A stretch of 64,000 nt of DNA from a virus (IMGVR_UViG_2706795039_000001:1-64000), one strand, 5' to 3'. Shown: positions 44,425 to 54,863, numbered from the stretch's first letter. A program made the numbers and translations. Notes: a model not told the origin generated them from the sequence alone.

Positions 44425-44629
44425 TTTTCAGATACTCTCTTTTTAGTTTATCGACTTGTTCTTTAGCTTGTTCGTCTAGGTTTTCTGGATGGTAGTACCC
44501 TGTCCAGTTATCAACACCTTCGTTCTCAAGGTGTTGAAGTAATAAAGAATCGTGGACAAGGCTATACAGATCATCTAGACGAATCATTGTCCATACAGCT
44601 TTTTTGCTCATTACGCTACAGTGATCCAC
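44402..44629 (-). CDS. Hypothetical protein
   Basis: L..LE..GVDNW.GY motif. Confidence 0.65.
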   Translation of the reverse strand: MDHCSVMSKKAVWTMIRLDDLYSLVHDSLLLQHLENEGVDNWTGYYHPENLDEQAKEQVDKLKREYLKNVKSTSN

Positions 44630-44886
44630 TGTGCAGGCAGGAGCTTAGTGCCTTCCTTGGTTTTGATTTCCAGCTCAGGTTTGAGCAAGCGGATCTCAAA
44701 CACATCGCCTTCTTTGGAACGCACACGACCATCTTCGTATACCGCTTCGATGGTGGTTTTTGGCTCAAACCCCTTAGCAGAGGTTGAGAATACTGGCTTA
44801 CCTGCTCGGTTTAACCCGCGCAACACTTTGCCGATCAATAGTACGTCGCCTGCTACTGGTTTTGAAACTACGGTGTTCTTGTTCAT
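44611..44886 (-). CDS. Hypothetical protein
   Basis: Start MNKNTVV after AAGG SD and promoter. Confidence 0.7.
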   Translation of the reverse strand: MNKNTVVSKPVAGDVLLIGKVLRGLNRAGKPVFSTSAKGFEPKTTIEAVYEDGRVRSKEGDVFEIRLLKPELEIKTKEGTKLLPAQWITVA

Positions 44887-44979
44887 AGCGTTTTCCTTCT
44901 GTTGTTCGCTTTTCAAATTTATGAAACTATTATAAATGAATTGTACTCTTTTGGCAAAAACTTAATTTAAAATTTTAAG

Positions 44980-45252
44980 CTATTGCTTGGTTTTGAAAGT
45001 TAGGGTAATATCTAAGGCCAGAAGCTGGGTTACGTACTCTTCACCTGGTACTTGGCGGTAAAAATACGCCACGGACTTTTCGTAGTTAATCTCTAAGTCT
45101 AGCACGTAGGTATCCCACAGACGGTCTACCTCTGTCAACATCTTAGCTACTGCATCTGTTGGTTGCACGTTATAGAAATAGAACGCAGCTGTATCAAGCT
45201 GATCCCAACCTAGACCTTCTTCTGGGATTTTTATCAAACACGATTTAATCAT
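44980..45252 (-). CDS. Hypothetical protein
   Basis: Start MIKSCL after GAGG SD and promoter. Confidence 0.65.
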   Translation of the reverse strand: MIKSCLIKIPEEGLGWDQLDTAAFYFYNVQPTDAVAKMLTEVDRLWDTYVLDLEINYEKSVAYFYRQVPGEEYVTQLLALDITLTFKTKQ

Positions 45253-45333
45253 TGTCTTGTTCCTCTCGAACAATTTATAAAACAATTATAAACTTCAAAC
45301 ACCGTTTTAACAAGCATTTTATTTATTAAAACG

Positions 45334-45810
45334 CTACACCATCACCTTGTTCTGCAACTCCCAAGCATCCATTTCACAGTTACACAGGTTATCCGCCATT
45401 TCGTTACCTTCTAGTCCTGAATGCCCCTTTACTTTTACTATTTGAATAGTAATACCTTTTGCTATAAGGTCTTTATTGGTAAAATAAAGATCCTGCCATA
45501 GCTTCAGGTTTTTGATTGTGCCGTTCGTTGAGTTACGCCAGAGATTTTTAGCCCACTTATGCATCCAGTCATTGAAGCCTTTGCATACGTAAGCTGAATC
45601 AGTGTGAATAGACACAGATTTTCCTAGACGCAGTGCCCATTTAGCTGCTTCTACTGCGGCTGTCAATTCCATTTCGTTGTTGGTAGTAACCTCGGAGAAC
45701 CCTACCTTCTTGCCTTTATACATATGGCCTTCGTAAACTACCATAGCCCACGCACCAATCCCTGGGTTGCCTCGACAGGCTCCGTCAGTCCATACTGAGA
45801 TGTTACTCAT
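45334..45810 (-). CDS. rnh: Ribonuclease HI
   Basis: TDGAC.GNPG, TNNEMEL, TDSAY, VKGHSG..GNE.AD. Confidence 0.95.
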   Translation of the reverse strand: MSNISVWTDGACRGNPGIGAWAMVVYEGHMYKGKKVGFSEVTTNNEMELTAAVEAAKWALRLGKSVSIHTDSAYVCKGFNDWMHKWAKNLWRNSTNGTIKNLKLWQDLYFTNKDLIAKGITIQIVKVKGHSGLEGNEMADNLCNCEMDAWELQNKVMV

Positions 45811-46018
45811 TGTTGTTACCTCTGGCATCTTTGGCAGTATTGAGCATTGTCAGTGGGTTAAGTACTATGTTGTCGAATTTTACAACATAGCCTATACCCA
45901 GGCTATCACAAAGTTGGATAATCTCTTTTATCTGCTCGTCTTTCAGGGTTGCAGTATGGATTAGCCTAGTAATGTGTGGCTCTGCCCAGATTCTATTTTT
46001 GAGCGCTTCGATATTCAT
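45803..46018 (-). CDS. Hypothetical protein
   Basis: ORF. Confidence 0.6.
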   Translation of the reverse strand: MNIEALKNRIWAEPHITRLIHTATLKDEQIKEIIQLCDSLGIGYVVKFDNIVLNPLTMLNTAKDARGNNNE

Positions 46019-46433
46019 CTCTTAACCTCATTAAGATCTTGCCTAGATTGTTTTGACCCTCTAAGGTTTCGTAGTCTACTCCCCAGAAACGATCCTTCCA
46101 CCAATTACCTTCTAGCAACTCTGCATCGCCTGTTTCTAGCAGTTTTGCTTTTAAGATAGGATGTTGGTCAAATTTGGCTTTGACAGCTATGTACATGTAG
46201 TTAAGCCTTTCTTTGAAGAAGTTAGGGCATCTTACTGGTGCTGTCTTCCAGTAAGATTTAGCTTGCTTAGGCTCTATTTTCGCTAACATCCGAACTTCTG
46301 CGTCAATATTTGACTTGAACGATTGATACAGGTTCTCAGAGCTTGCATACACTATGCCATTATACTCAACAGGTACTAGGTACATGTTAGATAGGAAACT
46401 GTATTTTCCTCTAAAGGAAGTTATTTGTTCCAT
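45993..46433 (-). CDS. NADAR family protein
   Basis: FLSN.Y, Y.SSE..YQ..K, KF.QH..L...L..TG...L.E, D.FWG, GQNNLGKILM..R. Confidence 0.9.
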   Translation of the reverse strand: MEQITSFRGKYSFLSNMYLVPVEYNGIVYASSENLYQSFKSNIDAEVRMLAKIEPKQAKSYWKTAPVRCPNFFKERLNYMYIAVKAKFDQHPILKAKLLETGDAELLEGNWWKDRFWGVDYETLEGQNNLGKILMRLRDEYRSAQK

Positions 46434-46522
46434 AGTCGTCTCCTTTGATTTTTAATATTATACGATAGTTTTAGCATAATATCAATTAATAAAAAAGAAA
46501 AGGAGGCCGTAGCCTCCTTATT

Positions 46523-47176
46523 TTACTTTTGACGTTTAGCAGTATAGTCTTCCCAAGCTTCAAAGCACTCTAACCAGTGCTTACACTCTTCAGACCTTAC
46601 ACAGTCGTCTAGTGTTAATTCTATAATGTTACACCTAACATCCATTGTCCTGACCATTCGTACTAGCTCATATAAACCTGAGTTCTTGAACTTTTCTGAT
46701 GTCTGCCTAATGTCTCCACAAAGTACAGTTTTGCTGTATACACCTTGTCTACCTAGGAATATTTTCAATTGTTCAAACGAGGCGTTTTGGCACTCGTCTA
46801 GGATAATCATTGAATGGTCAAATGTTAGACCTTGAATATGTTCAAATGGGAGGAATTCTATTACCTTCTTCCTGACTAGGTCTTCGTATTGGGCGAAGCT
46901 CATAAACTGAAGGAATAAATCCCTGACTGGTCGAATCCAAGGTTCTAGCTTTTCCTGATCGGTACCAGGAAGAAAGCCAAGCGTCTCAGCAAAAGGTACG
47001 TTTGGTCTGGATACAACGATTCTACGAATCTTTCTATTCTCCAATCTCTTCACTGCTTCTTTTACTGCCCCATATGTTTTACCAGTACCTTGACTACCAA
47101 TACATACTACTGGCATCTGGTTCTCTAGCATTACTCTATAGGTTGCGTGGTTTTCTGTGGTTTTTGGTGCTGACAT
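46523..47176 (-). CDS. phoH: PhoH-like ATPase
   Basis: G..GTGKT, LGFLPG...EK, G.TF, DE.QN, GD..Q. Confidence 0.9.
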   Translation of the reverse strand: MSAPKTTENHATYRVMLENQMPVVCIGSQGTGKTYGAVKEAVKRLENRKIRRIVVSRPNVPFAETLGFLPGTDQEKLEPWIRPVRDLFLQFMSFAQYEDLVRKKVIEFLPFEHIQGLTFDHSMIILDECQNASFEQLKIFLGRQGVYSKTVLCGDIRQTSEKFKNSGLYELVRMVRTMDVRCNIIELTLDDCVRSEECKHWLECFEAWEDYTAKRQK

Positions 47177-47194
47177 ATGTTAAGCCTCCAAGAC

Positions 47195-47671
47195 TTAATG
47201 CTGCTTCTCAAGATAGATTATCCGCTGATTAGAGCTGCCCCTGAATGCTAGTGAAGGGTCTCTTAGCGACTCCTCATACCTACCATCCACAAGCACGTCA
47301 ACATAATCTAATATCTCTCTGAAGTTACTGTCTAATACCTCTTCAAAGGTGTATCCGGTGTATAGCCAAATATCCTTTGTAGGGCACTCTGATTTTATAC
47401 GCTTACACAAGCGTAAAACCGATGCAAAATTCCTTTTATGGAGTGGGTCTCCTCCACTAAGGGTTATACCTTTCCTAGGTACTTTAGTATCCAGGAGGTC
47501 GGAGATTATCTTATCTTCTAGCTCTTTGGTAAATGGAAACCCTGAAGAAGGGTTCCAGGAGCTTTGGTTGTAACACCCCTTACATCCATGAGAGCAACCT
47601 GATACGAATAATACGCACCTAGTGCCCTTGCCATTTACTACATCAATTGGCAGATATTTGAGATAATTCAT
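47195..47671 (-). CDS. nrdG: Anaerobic RNR activase
   Basis: NG.G.R..LFVSGC.H.C.GC, SGGDPL, FRGSSNQ. Confidence 0.95.
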   Translation of the reverse strand: MNYLKYLPIDVVNGKGTRCVLFVSGCSHGCKGCYNQSSWNPSSGFPFTKELEDKIISDLLDTKVPRKGITLSGGDPLHKRNFASVLRLCKRIKSECPTKDIWLYTGYTFEEVLDSNFREILDYVDVLVDGRYEESLRDPSLAFRGSSNQRIIYLEKQH

Positions 47672-47788
47672 TTGCCGTTCTTTTTTAAGAATGCTCTAGA
47701 GACTCTAGCGTTGTGTTTCCTTCTTGCCCGTTCATCCTTGGATAGGAGGTGGTACCGAAGTACCTCCTCTCTAGTTATGTAGAACACC

Positions 47789-49486
47789 CTACTCACAGGC
47801 GATACACCCTACTTCTTTGGAAGCCTGTAGTCCTGCCATAGTACGTAGGTAGTAGATCTGCTTGATATTCTCGTCCTTGAACGCTGCTTGGAATACTTTG
47901 GCTATAACTGCTTCGTCTTCTTCTGCTCTAAAGAAGAGGTTTAGAGACTGCCCCTGACAAATTCTTGGTTGTCTAGCAGCGGCCTTTCTGAGAATGGCCA
48001 TCTGGTCTATCTCATAAGCAGTTTTGAATACTAGCTTCTCTTCATCACTCATCCAATCTAGGTGCTGTACTGAACCTAACTTGTCGTTGATAGAGTTGAT
48101 TAGCTTACGGTCTACTGGTACTTCCTTACGTTCACAGAACCTGATAAAGGAGCTATTTAGGCGTACCAGCTCTCCTGCTGCACTTGGTTGAATGTAACAG
48201 TTGCCTGGCAGTGGCTCAATACCTTGAGATACTCCGCCACATAGCAAGGAACTGCTAGTATTAGGTGCTATAGCTAGTCTATGGGTGTTCCTTACGCCAT
48301 AACCCTTACACCACTCAGGCTCACCTAGCTCCTTGGCCATCCACTCTGACGCCCTCAAAGACTCCTTATTCAGGTGCTCGAAGATTTCTAGGTTCTTCAT
48401 ATGTGCTTCGAAAGACTCGAAAGCAATCATATTATCTTGTAGATAAGTATGGTATCCTAGAAGCCCTAGACCCAGTGCCCTGGAGGCCTCAGTAAACCTT
48501 ACTGCTTTACTTAGACCAGGGATCTCTTTAGCCCTAATTATGAAATCCTGAGCTACACAGTCTAGGAATACGGTGGCTGTGAATACAGCGTCTGTATCTT
48601 TCCACTCGTCGTACTTAGCCCCATTCATAGAGCTTAGTACACAGGTAAATGTGTGCATGTGATCGGAGAATAGGTTAATTTCAGTACATAGGTTAGAGCC
48701 TTTTACAGTAAGACCCCTGTCTTTGTACATTGGCGGGTTAGCCCTATTTACTTTATCAGGGAAGAAGAAGTAGCCCTTACCTGTAATTAGCTTAGTGTGC
48801 AGGGCTTTAGAGAAACGTCTACCTAGCTCAGGGTCTCCGCTGTCTAACGCAACTACATCTTTATCATATACGTTCCAACCTAAGTTTAGGTCGTCTGGTG
48901 TGTTTTTAAGGTAGGTAACCACTTCGTCAAAATCCCCGTGAGATAGAGGTAAATAACCTGCCCAGGCTCCCCTACGGGTGTTGCCTTGCGCCACGTCCCG
49001 CATACATTGAACGTAGTCTGCGATAACTGGCATAACCCCGGCTGCCTGCCCACCAATGCGGATTGGCGCTCCTCTAGGGCGAATATCTCCTAGGTACGCG
49101 GAAGTACCAAACCCATTCTTAGTCAGCATAGCTGTCTCGTGCAGGGTAGAATAGAATCCGTCAATGGAGTCGTCAATGTACCCACCTGAGCAACTTACAG
49201 GGAGTCCTTTATCTGTCCCCATATTTGCCATTACGGGTGTAGATGCCGCTAACCAACCTTTCCAGAAAAGTTCAAAGAACTTTGGTTCCCAGTAAGAAGG
49301 GTCTGGCATGTGGGAGGCTGCTGTCTTAGCAATTACCTGGTATCTGTTGAGAACAGTTTGACCTTTATCCATATACTTTTGCGTTAGAAGCTGGTAGCCC
49401 TCAGTGGTCATCCACTCGGGCACTGTTCCCTCTTTCTGCCCCTTTAGCCTATCGAACTCTAGTTGCTCAAATATATTTTTATGCAT
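47789..49486 (-). CDS. nrdA: Class I RNR alpha subunit (short, no ATP cone)
   Basis: VSC, SNLCTEI, AIAPN.SS, GIEP, QSLN, YY, C-terminal CIACE. Confidence 0.9.
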   Translation of the reverse strand: MHKNIFEQLEFDRLKGQKEGTVPEWMTTEGYQLLTQKYMDKGQTVLNRYQVIAKTAASHMPDPSYWEPKFFELFWKGWLAASTPVMANMGTDKGLPVSCSGGYIDDSIDGFYSTLHETAMLTKNGFGTSAYLGDIRPRGAPIRIGGQAAGVMPVIADYVQCMRDVAQGNTRRGAWAGYLPLSHGDFDEVVTYLKNTPDDLNLGWNVYDKDVVALDSGDPELGRRFSKALHTKLITGKGYFFFPDKVNRANPPMYKDRGLTVKGSNLCTEINLFSDHMHTFTCVLSSMNGAKYDEWKDTDAVFTATVFLDCVAQDFIIRAKEIPGLSKAVRFTEASRALGLGLLGYHTYLQDNMIAFESFEAHMKNLEIFEHLNKESLRASEWMAKELGEPEWCKGYGVRNTHRLAIAPNTSSSLLCGGVSQGIEPLPGNCYIQPSAAGELVRLNSSFIRFCERKEVPVDRKLINSINDKLGSVQHLDWMSDEEKLVFKTAYEIDQMAILRKAAARQPRICQGQSLNLFFRAEEDEAVIAKVFQAAFKDENIKQIYYLRTMAGLQASKEVGCIACE

Positions 49487-50522
49487 ATGTCTCTACCACC
49501 CATTTTAAATCATTCTCTGACCAGCTTCTGTGGTACTCTGATCCAGTACCAGTAAAGAAGTCATGGAACTTCAGACCGTTAATATTCTCGTAGAACCATT
49601 CAGCTATAGGATTTTTACCCACCTCAAACAACGCGGGCACTTTCAGGTTAGCTAGACATAGATTCAACCTAGACTTAACGAAAGTTTTAAGGTCTTCAGC
49701 ATTGATGTTCTCAATATCCCCTTGACTGAATAACATGTCGATAATATAAGACTCATGTTCTAAGATTTGCCTAGCGCAAACATGTAGCTTCACTACCAGC
49801 TTGTTGTAATCATTGCCAGACATTAGACCCAGAGCTTCTTTTTCTCGTAGTAACGTCAGAAACGCCCATGCCCCGCCTTCACAGTGCAGGTTTTCATCTC
49901 TCACACTAAAATTGATTCCACGAACCACATTAAGCAGCTTGTTTTTGCCCAGAGTTTGGAAGTGCTTGAGGTATGCAAAGGCGCTGTAAAGGATTCCGCC
50001 CTCAACCATAGAGAATGCCCCTAGAGATACTAGGTCGTCCTTATCATTAACTATGGACTCTACGAACTCCATCCGTGCCTTTAATACTGGGTCATTGACG
50101 TAACTGGTGTAGAACTCGTCAGTGTTCAGCATTAGGGCTTCGTTGATCTTATTGTAGAATGGTGCGTGGATGTTTATTTCAGCAAACGAAAATGAGTTGC
50201 CCATCTGACGGAAGTCATGCCTAGGGAACATTCTCTTGAAACGACCGCCCCAATACTCGTTACCTGCAACTAGCTCATATAATGTGAATAGTTTTAAGGT
50301 TGTGATTACCCCATGAGCCTCAGCTGGTGTCATATTAACTCTAATGTCTTGAATATCCTTCTCGACATGAATTTCGTGGTGGTACCACTGAACTGAGTTT
50401 TGGGCATCAGCAAAAGCAATAGCTTCCGGATAGTCGAAAGTGTAGGCTTCTTTCTTGGTTTGGCAGCGAGGTACAGGAGAGGCTACGGCCTCTCCATTAG
50501 TAGTTATATATTTACTTGACAT
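49479..50522 (-). CDS. nrdB: Class I RNR beta subunit
   Basis: E..H..FY, EG..L.S.F, RDE.LH, DFF..Y. Confidence 0.9.
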   Translation of the reverse strand: MSSKYITTNGEAVASPVPRCQTKKEAYTFDYPEAIAFADAQNSVQWYHHEIHVEKDIQDIRVNMTPAEAHGVITTLKLFTLYELVAGNEYWGGRFKRMFPRHDFRQMGNSFSFAEINIHAPFYNKINEALMLNTDEFYTSYVNDPVLKARMEFVESIVNDKDDLVSLGAFSMVEGGILYSAFAYLKHFQTLGKNKLLNVVRGINFSVRDENLHCEGGAWAFLTLLREKEALGLMSGNDYNKLVVKLHVCARQILEHESYIIDMLFSQGDIENINAEDLKTFVKSRLNLCLANLKVPALFEVGKNPIAEWFYENINGLKFHDFFTGTGSEYHRSWSENDLKWVVETYA

Positions 50523-50742
50523 GGTTAGATAGGTACTCCATGATAGCAGCAGACTCTATCATTACTGTGCCATCCTCTTTTACTAGAGCGGGTATTTGTT
50601 TGATATTGTATTTTTTGGCAGCTTCGAAGTTGAGGTCAATGTCAAGAATATCGACATGCATACCCTTTTCTAGGATTAGCTGCTTTACCGGCTGGCAGTA
50701 CTTACACCAACTAGCCATAAATAGAATCATTGTTTCTCCCAT
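50512..50742 (-). CDS. Thioredoxin / glutaredoxin-like redoxin
   Basis: WCKYC, IP; directly upstream of nrdB. Confidence 0.85.
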   Translation of the reverse strand: MGETMILFMASWCKYCQPVKQLILEKGMHVDILDIDLNFEAAKKYNIKQIPALVKEDGTVMIESAAIMEYLSNHVK

Positions 50743-50745
50743 AGT

Positions 50746-51249
50746 CTACTTACCTCTCATTAGGACTAAGTTAGGCACCCAACAGAAGTTATCCTCTGTG
50801 AATACCTTAATAAATAATTCTGGGTTTGGCCCGAAGTAGGTAAAACACTGACCCCTACTGCCCTTACCCTTAGGTGTTAAATCTGGTTGTAAAAAGGATA
50901 TACGCCCATTAGTATATGCTTGGACTCCGCCTTGGAGAGCTATGTTCCATTGGGTATCTGTCCCAGAGTTAGTCAGCATAATGCCCTCAGTCATGACACC
51001 ACGCTTATACTCTTCTGCGAAATATTTTGTGAACTTCTTAATAAGCGCTGCTGAGTAAGGTGGGTTACACCACACCTTACCAAGCCACGGGTAGTTTAAC
51101 CCATTCTGTTCTTTTGTATAGTAGGTTTTAGCCCTTACTATAGTGTTCGCAGTAGGGTTAGATGCAGGGTCTAGGTCTATTTCCCCTAGTACCCTGCGAA
51201 CCTTGTCCATAATGAACTCTGGTGTGTACCACTCATCATTACTGTTCAT
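50746..51249 (-). CDS. Phage DNA N6-adenine methyltransferase
   Basis: DEWYTP, DLDPAS, NGL...W, WCNPPYS, GRISF; ATGA-coupled start 51249. Confidence 0.85.
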   Translation of the reverse strand: MNSNDEWYTPEFIMDKVRRVLGEIDLDPASNPTANTIVRAKTYYTKEQNGLNYPWLGKVWCNPPYSAALIKKFTKYFAEEYKRGVMTEGIMLTNSGTDTQWNIALQGGVQAYTNGRISFLQPDLTPKGKGSRGQCFTYFGPNPELFIKVFTEDNFCWVPNLVLMRGK

Positions 51250-52280
51250 AGGTGCTTGACCCTCTTCTGCATTTCTGCCTGTTTTCCCGCGTTGAATGGT
51301 CTGGCATCCGGGTTTCCTAAGTAACCACAAACCCTGCGAGTGACAGAGCAGCTTTCTTTGTCGTTATTACCACACTTAGGGCACTTGAAACCTTCCGAGG
51401 TGCATAGGAACTCTCCTTTATACCCGCACTTAAAGCACTCGTCTATTGGGGTGTTAGTACCATAATACGGTACTTGATAGTACGCGTAATTCCACACATC
51501 TTCCAATGCTTCTATGTTATTAATCATAGAAGGGAATTCCCCGTAACATATGTGGCCGCCCGCTGAGTAGGGTACGAACTGCGCTTCAAAATCGATCTTC
51601 TCGTAAGGTGTTACTTTCTTGGCTACGTCTAGGTGGAATGAGTTGGTCAGGTATCCTTTATCTGTGACACCTTCAAACTCCCCATACTCACGAACAATGG
51701 CTTTGCAGAAGCGATGACATAGTGACTCACTAGGAGTACCATATACAGAGTAGTTAATACCCTCTGCCTCTTTCCACTCACGTACCTTAGCATCTAGGAA
51801 TTTCAGAATATCTAAGCAAAACTCCTGCTTTTCTTCCGCATCATAGGTGTGAATTAGAGAACCCAGCATTGCATTTGCTGCTTCCTCTAGACCGATATAC
51901 CCTAGGGAGATAGAAGCTCCTCGCGCAATAAGGTGAGGCAGCACCAAGTCGTCTGGCTTCAAGCGTAATCCTAGGGCTCCTTCCATGTACATAATTGGAG
52001 CTGATTTAGCTGTGACTGTTGAGAGCCTTTCAATACGATATTGAAGCGCTCTGTGAGCAACTTCACAGTATTTATCCAGCAATTCCCAAAATTTATCGTA
52101 ATCACCTTGAGCTTCCAGTACGTATTTTGGTATATTAAGAGAAACTACGCCTAGGTTGTTGCGTCCCGCGTAATACTCGTTCCCTTCCGCATCGTATGCA
52201 GGGGATAGGAAGGACCTGCAACCCATAGGGGCTTTCACGCCACCAGTAATCTCTAATGTTTTGTGGTAGTTCAAAATATC
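51246..52280 (-). CDS. nrdD: Anaerobic RNR, exon 2
   Basis: DILN.., MGCRS, NLGVVSLN, TP.ESLC, TNSFH, CxxC..CxxC, RVCGYLG. Confidence 0.9.
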   Translation of the reverse strand, partial: DILNYHKTLEITGGVKAPMGCRSFLSPAYDAEGNEYYAGRNNLGVVSLNIPKYVLEAQGDYDKFWELLDKYCEVAHRALQYRIERLSTVTAKSAPIMYMEGALGLRLKPDDLVLPHLIARGASISLGYIGLEEAANAMLGSLIHTYDAEEKQEFCLDILKFLDAKVREWKEAEGINYSVYGTPSESLCHRFCKAIVREYGEFEGVTDKGYLTNSFHLDVAKKVTPYEKIDFEAQFVPYSAGGHICYGEFPSMINNIEALEDVWNYAYYQVPYYGTNTPIDECFKCGYKGEFLCTSEGFKCPKCGNNDKESCSVTRRVCGYLGNPDARPFNAGKQAEMQKRVKHL

Positions 52281-53123
52281 CGTGTTACCCATACTTTCAT
52301 ATGGCACTGACTATATCATTATCCTATGTAGGATCTCTGCACTTCGAGTGGTAGTTACTTCCACCCTACTCCCTGTCGGGATAGTCGATACACCTTCTAT
52401 TAGCTTCAAAGTAAGAATTAATCTTTGTTAAACTCTACTTGCCAAACCCCTTTATAGAGGGCATTACGTTTATAGGCACCGTGTACCCCAGTAGAGGAGA
52501 ATCTGCGGTCGAGTTTTTCTTTAGAAATACTAAAGAAACTTGGAAAATACACTACTTCTCCTGTTTCTTTGTTTGTTAGTTTTAGCGGTTTAACGTTAGG
52601 TTTGTTTCGCAGGTTTTCTTTCATGCTCACAAAACGTATGTTCCCAGGCTGGTATGGTATCTTACTATCCTTTCTATCTATAGAAAGGTCATCCAACCCA
52701 TACTTATCTAGCCCTAGTAAAAACTCATTAAAACAGGTGTTATAGTATTCTACAGTATCTGCAAAGTTCCACATACCTGAGTACCTAGGATAGTCCTTGC
52801 AGTTAGGGTTACAGCAGCGCTCTTTTGCGTATCGGTAGGAGTTTCTGAACTTATGCCATACCTCAACGCCGAACTCTTCTGTAACGTTTAATCTTATCTT
52901 TGTTATCTCTTGCATATAACCTCCAATATCTATTTACTAAATATTGAAGCTAATAGCTTGGCACGGGATTGCCACCTACTAATAATACAAAATATATCTA
53001 TCGACATTTCTTATATTACCTAGCTGAGGTTCCCCCGTTAGCCGCCAATTGGCGACACCTCGGAACTACCGAGTTCACAGAATTTTTCGACTAGGATTAC
53101 TCCTAGAAGCCCCAATAATTCTT
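52281..53123 (-). mobile_element. Group I self-splicing intron (843 nt) in nrdD
   Basis: Exon ends ...CCU, P1 CCCUAA/UUGGGG with U-G, P7 GACUA/UAGUC, P9 GAAA hairpin, terminal G; splicing restores RMYP-DIL. Confidence 0.9.
52418..52915 (-). CDS. Intron-encoded HNH homing endonuclease
   Basis: RC.NP...Y..Y, SIDR.D....Y.PGN.R......N..NK. Confidence 0.85.
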   Translation of the reverse strand: MQEITKIRLNVTEEFGVEVWHKFRNSYRYAKERCCNPNCKDYPRYSGMWNFADTVEYYNTCFNEFLLGLDKYGLDDLSIDRKDSKIPYQPGNIRFVSMKENLRNKPNVKPLKLTNKETGEVVYFPSFFSISKEKLDRRFSSTGVHGAYKRNALYKGVWQVEFNKD

Positions 53124-54263
53124 AGGGTACATTCTCTTACTAGCACACTCTAAGGCAAGAACCTTTATATCGTAGTTAGGGTCTTCTTTGTCTAAGTTAA
53201 GACCCTTTTTCAGGGTGAATACCAGTTTGGGAAATACTGGGGTTATCTTATCCTCACCTAATCCCTGTATTCTGGTGCGTAGTATGCCTTCTTGAATTAG
53301 TTTGGCTTCCCAAGTTTCCCCTAGACCGAAGCCAAAAGTGAGGAAGGGTGTTTGGCCATTAGTACAGTAAATGGTATTTACCTGATACTCTAAGGTTTGG
53401 CAAGCATCCATAACTGCCTTTTTGGTAGCTATCTTTGCTTCGCTCTCTATAACTGATAGAGCTAGAGGGTCTACGACCACATCTGTACCGGTAAATCTGC
53501 GGTACATATTCATAGCCCTTTTATATTCCTTCTTAAAGGTTCTAGCTACATAAGGCGCTAGAACTTCATCTAGCCTATCGAAACTTGTTCCACCAAACTG
53601 TTGGCTAGCCACAGCTGCTGCTACTTGAGACACTACTGTTGCTGCAGTCTGGATGGACTTTGGTGGCTCAATTCTGGCGTTACCCATTTTGAAGCCTCTT
53701 TCCAACATCCCTTTCAAATCTACTAGACAACAGTTGGTCAATCCCATCATTGGGCTGTAATCTAGGTCGTGAAAATGAATGTTTCCAGCTATATGCTCTC
53801 GTGCCGTTTCACGCGGTAGCAGATAGTTCAGAGCGTAGTGCCGAGATATTTCCCCTGCCAAGAGGTCTCGTTGCACATGGAATAGCGCCGACTCCTTGTT
53901 GGCATTCTCGTGCAGTAAATCAGGGTTTGTCTGGTTTACCAGACCAATTATGTTTTGGTGTAGAGAAGAGCGCAAATCCCGCGCCTGCTGACGATCATGG
54001 CTATACTCAATAAACTTACGTGCCACCTGCTTCCAGCAAGAGGACATTAGCGTATCTTCGATAAGTTCCTCGATCTCAAAAATGGTAACTGAAGACTTAT
54101 TGGAACTAAGTAGTTTGTTAACTACTAGCGTAGTTACGTCTTCTGCTACTTGATTAGCTTCGTTATACTCAAAGTCAGCATCACTTGCAGCCATGAAGAC
54201 CGCTTCAAAAATTTTGTCAGGTATTAGTGCCTGCCTTGTATTGTCTTTCTTGATGACCAGCAT
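53124..54263 (-). CDS. nrdD: Anaerobic RNR, exon 1 (ATP cone)
   Basis: VIKKD, ENANK, H..G.IH.HDLDY, NCCL, GQTPF, FPKL, KRMYP. Confidence 0.9.
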
Positions 54264-54524
54264 CTAAATGTCCTCCTAAGGAATACTATTCACAATTAGA
54301 TGGATATTATAACAATTAGCCCGGATCACGTCAAGAAAATTTTTTAGGGATCCTCCGACCTATGGCCTATTTAGAAAAATAATATCTTGCTGTCAAGTCG
54401 GGTGTCATGGTACTAGATACTCATTTATATACGCGCACGCGCGAGAGCTTTTTGGGTTAAAAAACTATTTGCTAAAGAGGTGGAAATTATAATAGAATGT
54501 TTAGGTAATTTTGGGAGACTGTCT

Positions 54525-54854
54525 ATGACACACGAAGAAAAACTGCTATTTATAAAAGAAATGGTTCAACACGTAGAACCCTATGTAACTAACCTGTACG
54601 TCTTAGGTAACGACGCTAGGATTAGGGTTTGTCCAGAGCAGCCGGAAAGCCTAGCTAAAGTGCTAGAGGAAGGTGCTCAACTAGAAATGTATTTTACCTA
54701 CAACGGAATCAGCCATCTGGTAATAGCACAAGTACCCTACGCTGTGCTCAGCAACAGAAACTACTCTAAGGAAGCAGCTGTTAGTGCAGGTAATTCCCTT
54801 CTAAAACAAATAGCTTGCAAGCTATTCAATCTCCCTCCATCAATCATGATGTAA
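54525..54854 (+). CDS. Hypothetical protein
   Basis: GGAG SD before MTHEEK; promoter TTGCTA-17-TATAAT upstream. Confidence 0.65.
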   Translation: MTHEEKLLFIKEMVQHVEPYVTNLYVLGNDARIRVCPEQPESLAKVLEEGAQLEMYFTYNGISHLVIAQVPYAVLSNRNYSKEAAVSAGNSLLKQIACKLFNLPPSIMM

Positions 54855-54863
54855 AAACCTTGA

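Noticed and set aside
52281-52307. N-terminal MPYESMGNT of ORF 51246-52307 as an independent gene start
   Set aside because: These codons are the intron P9/3' end; the true reading continues from exon 1
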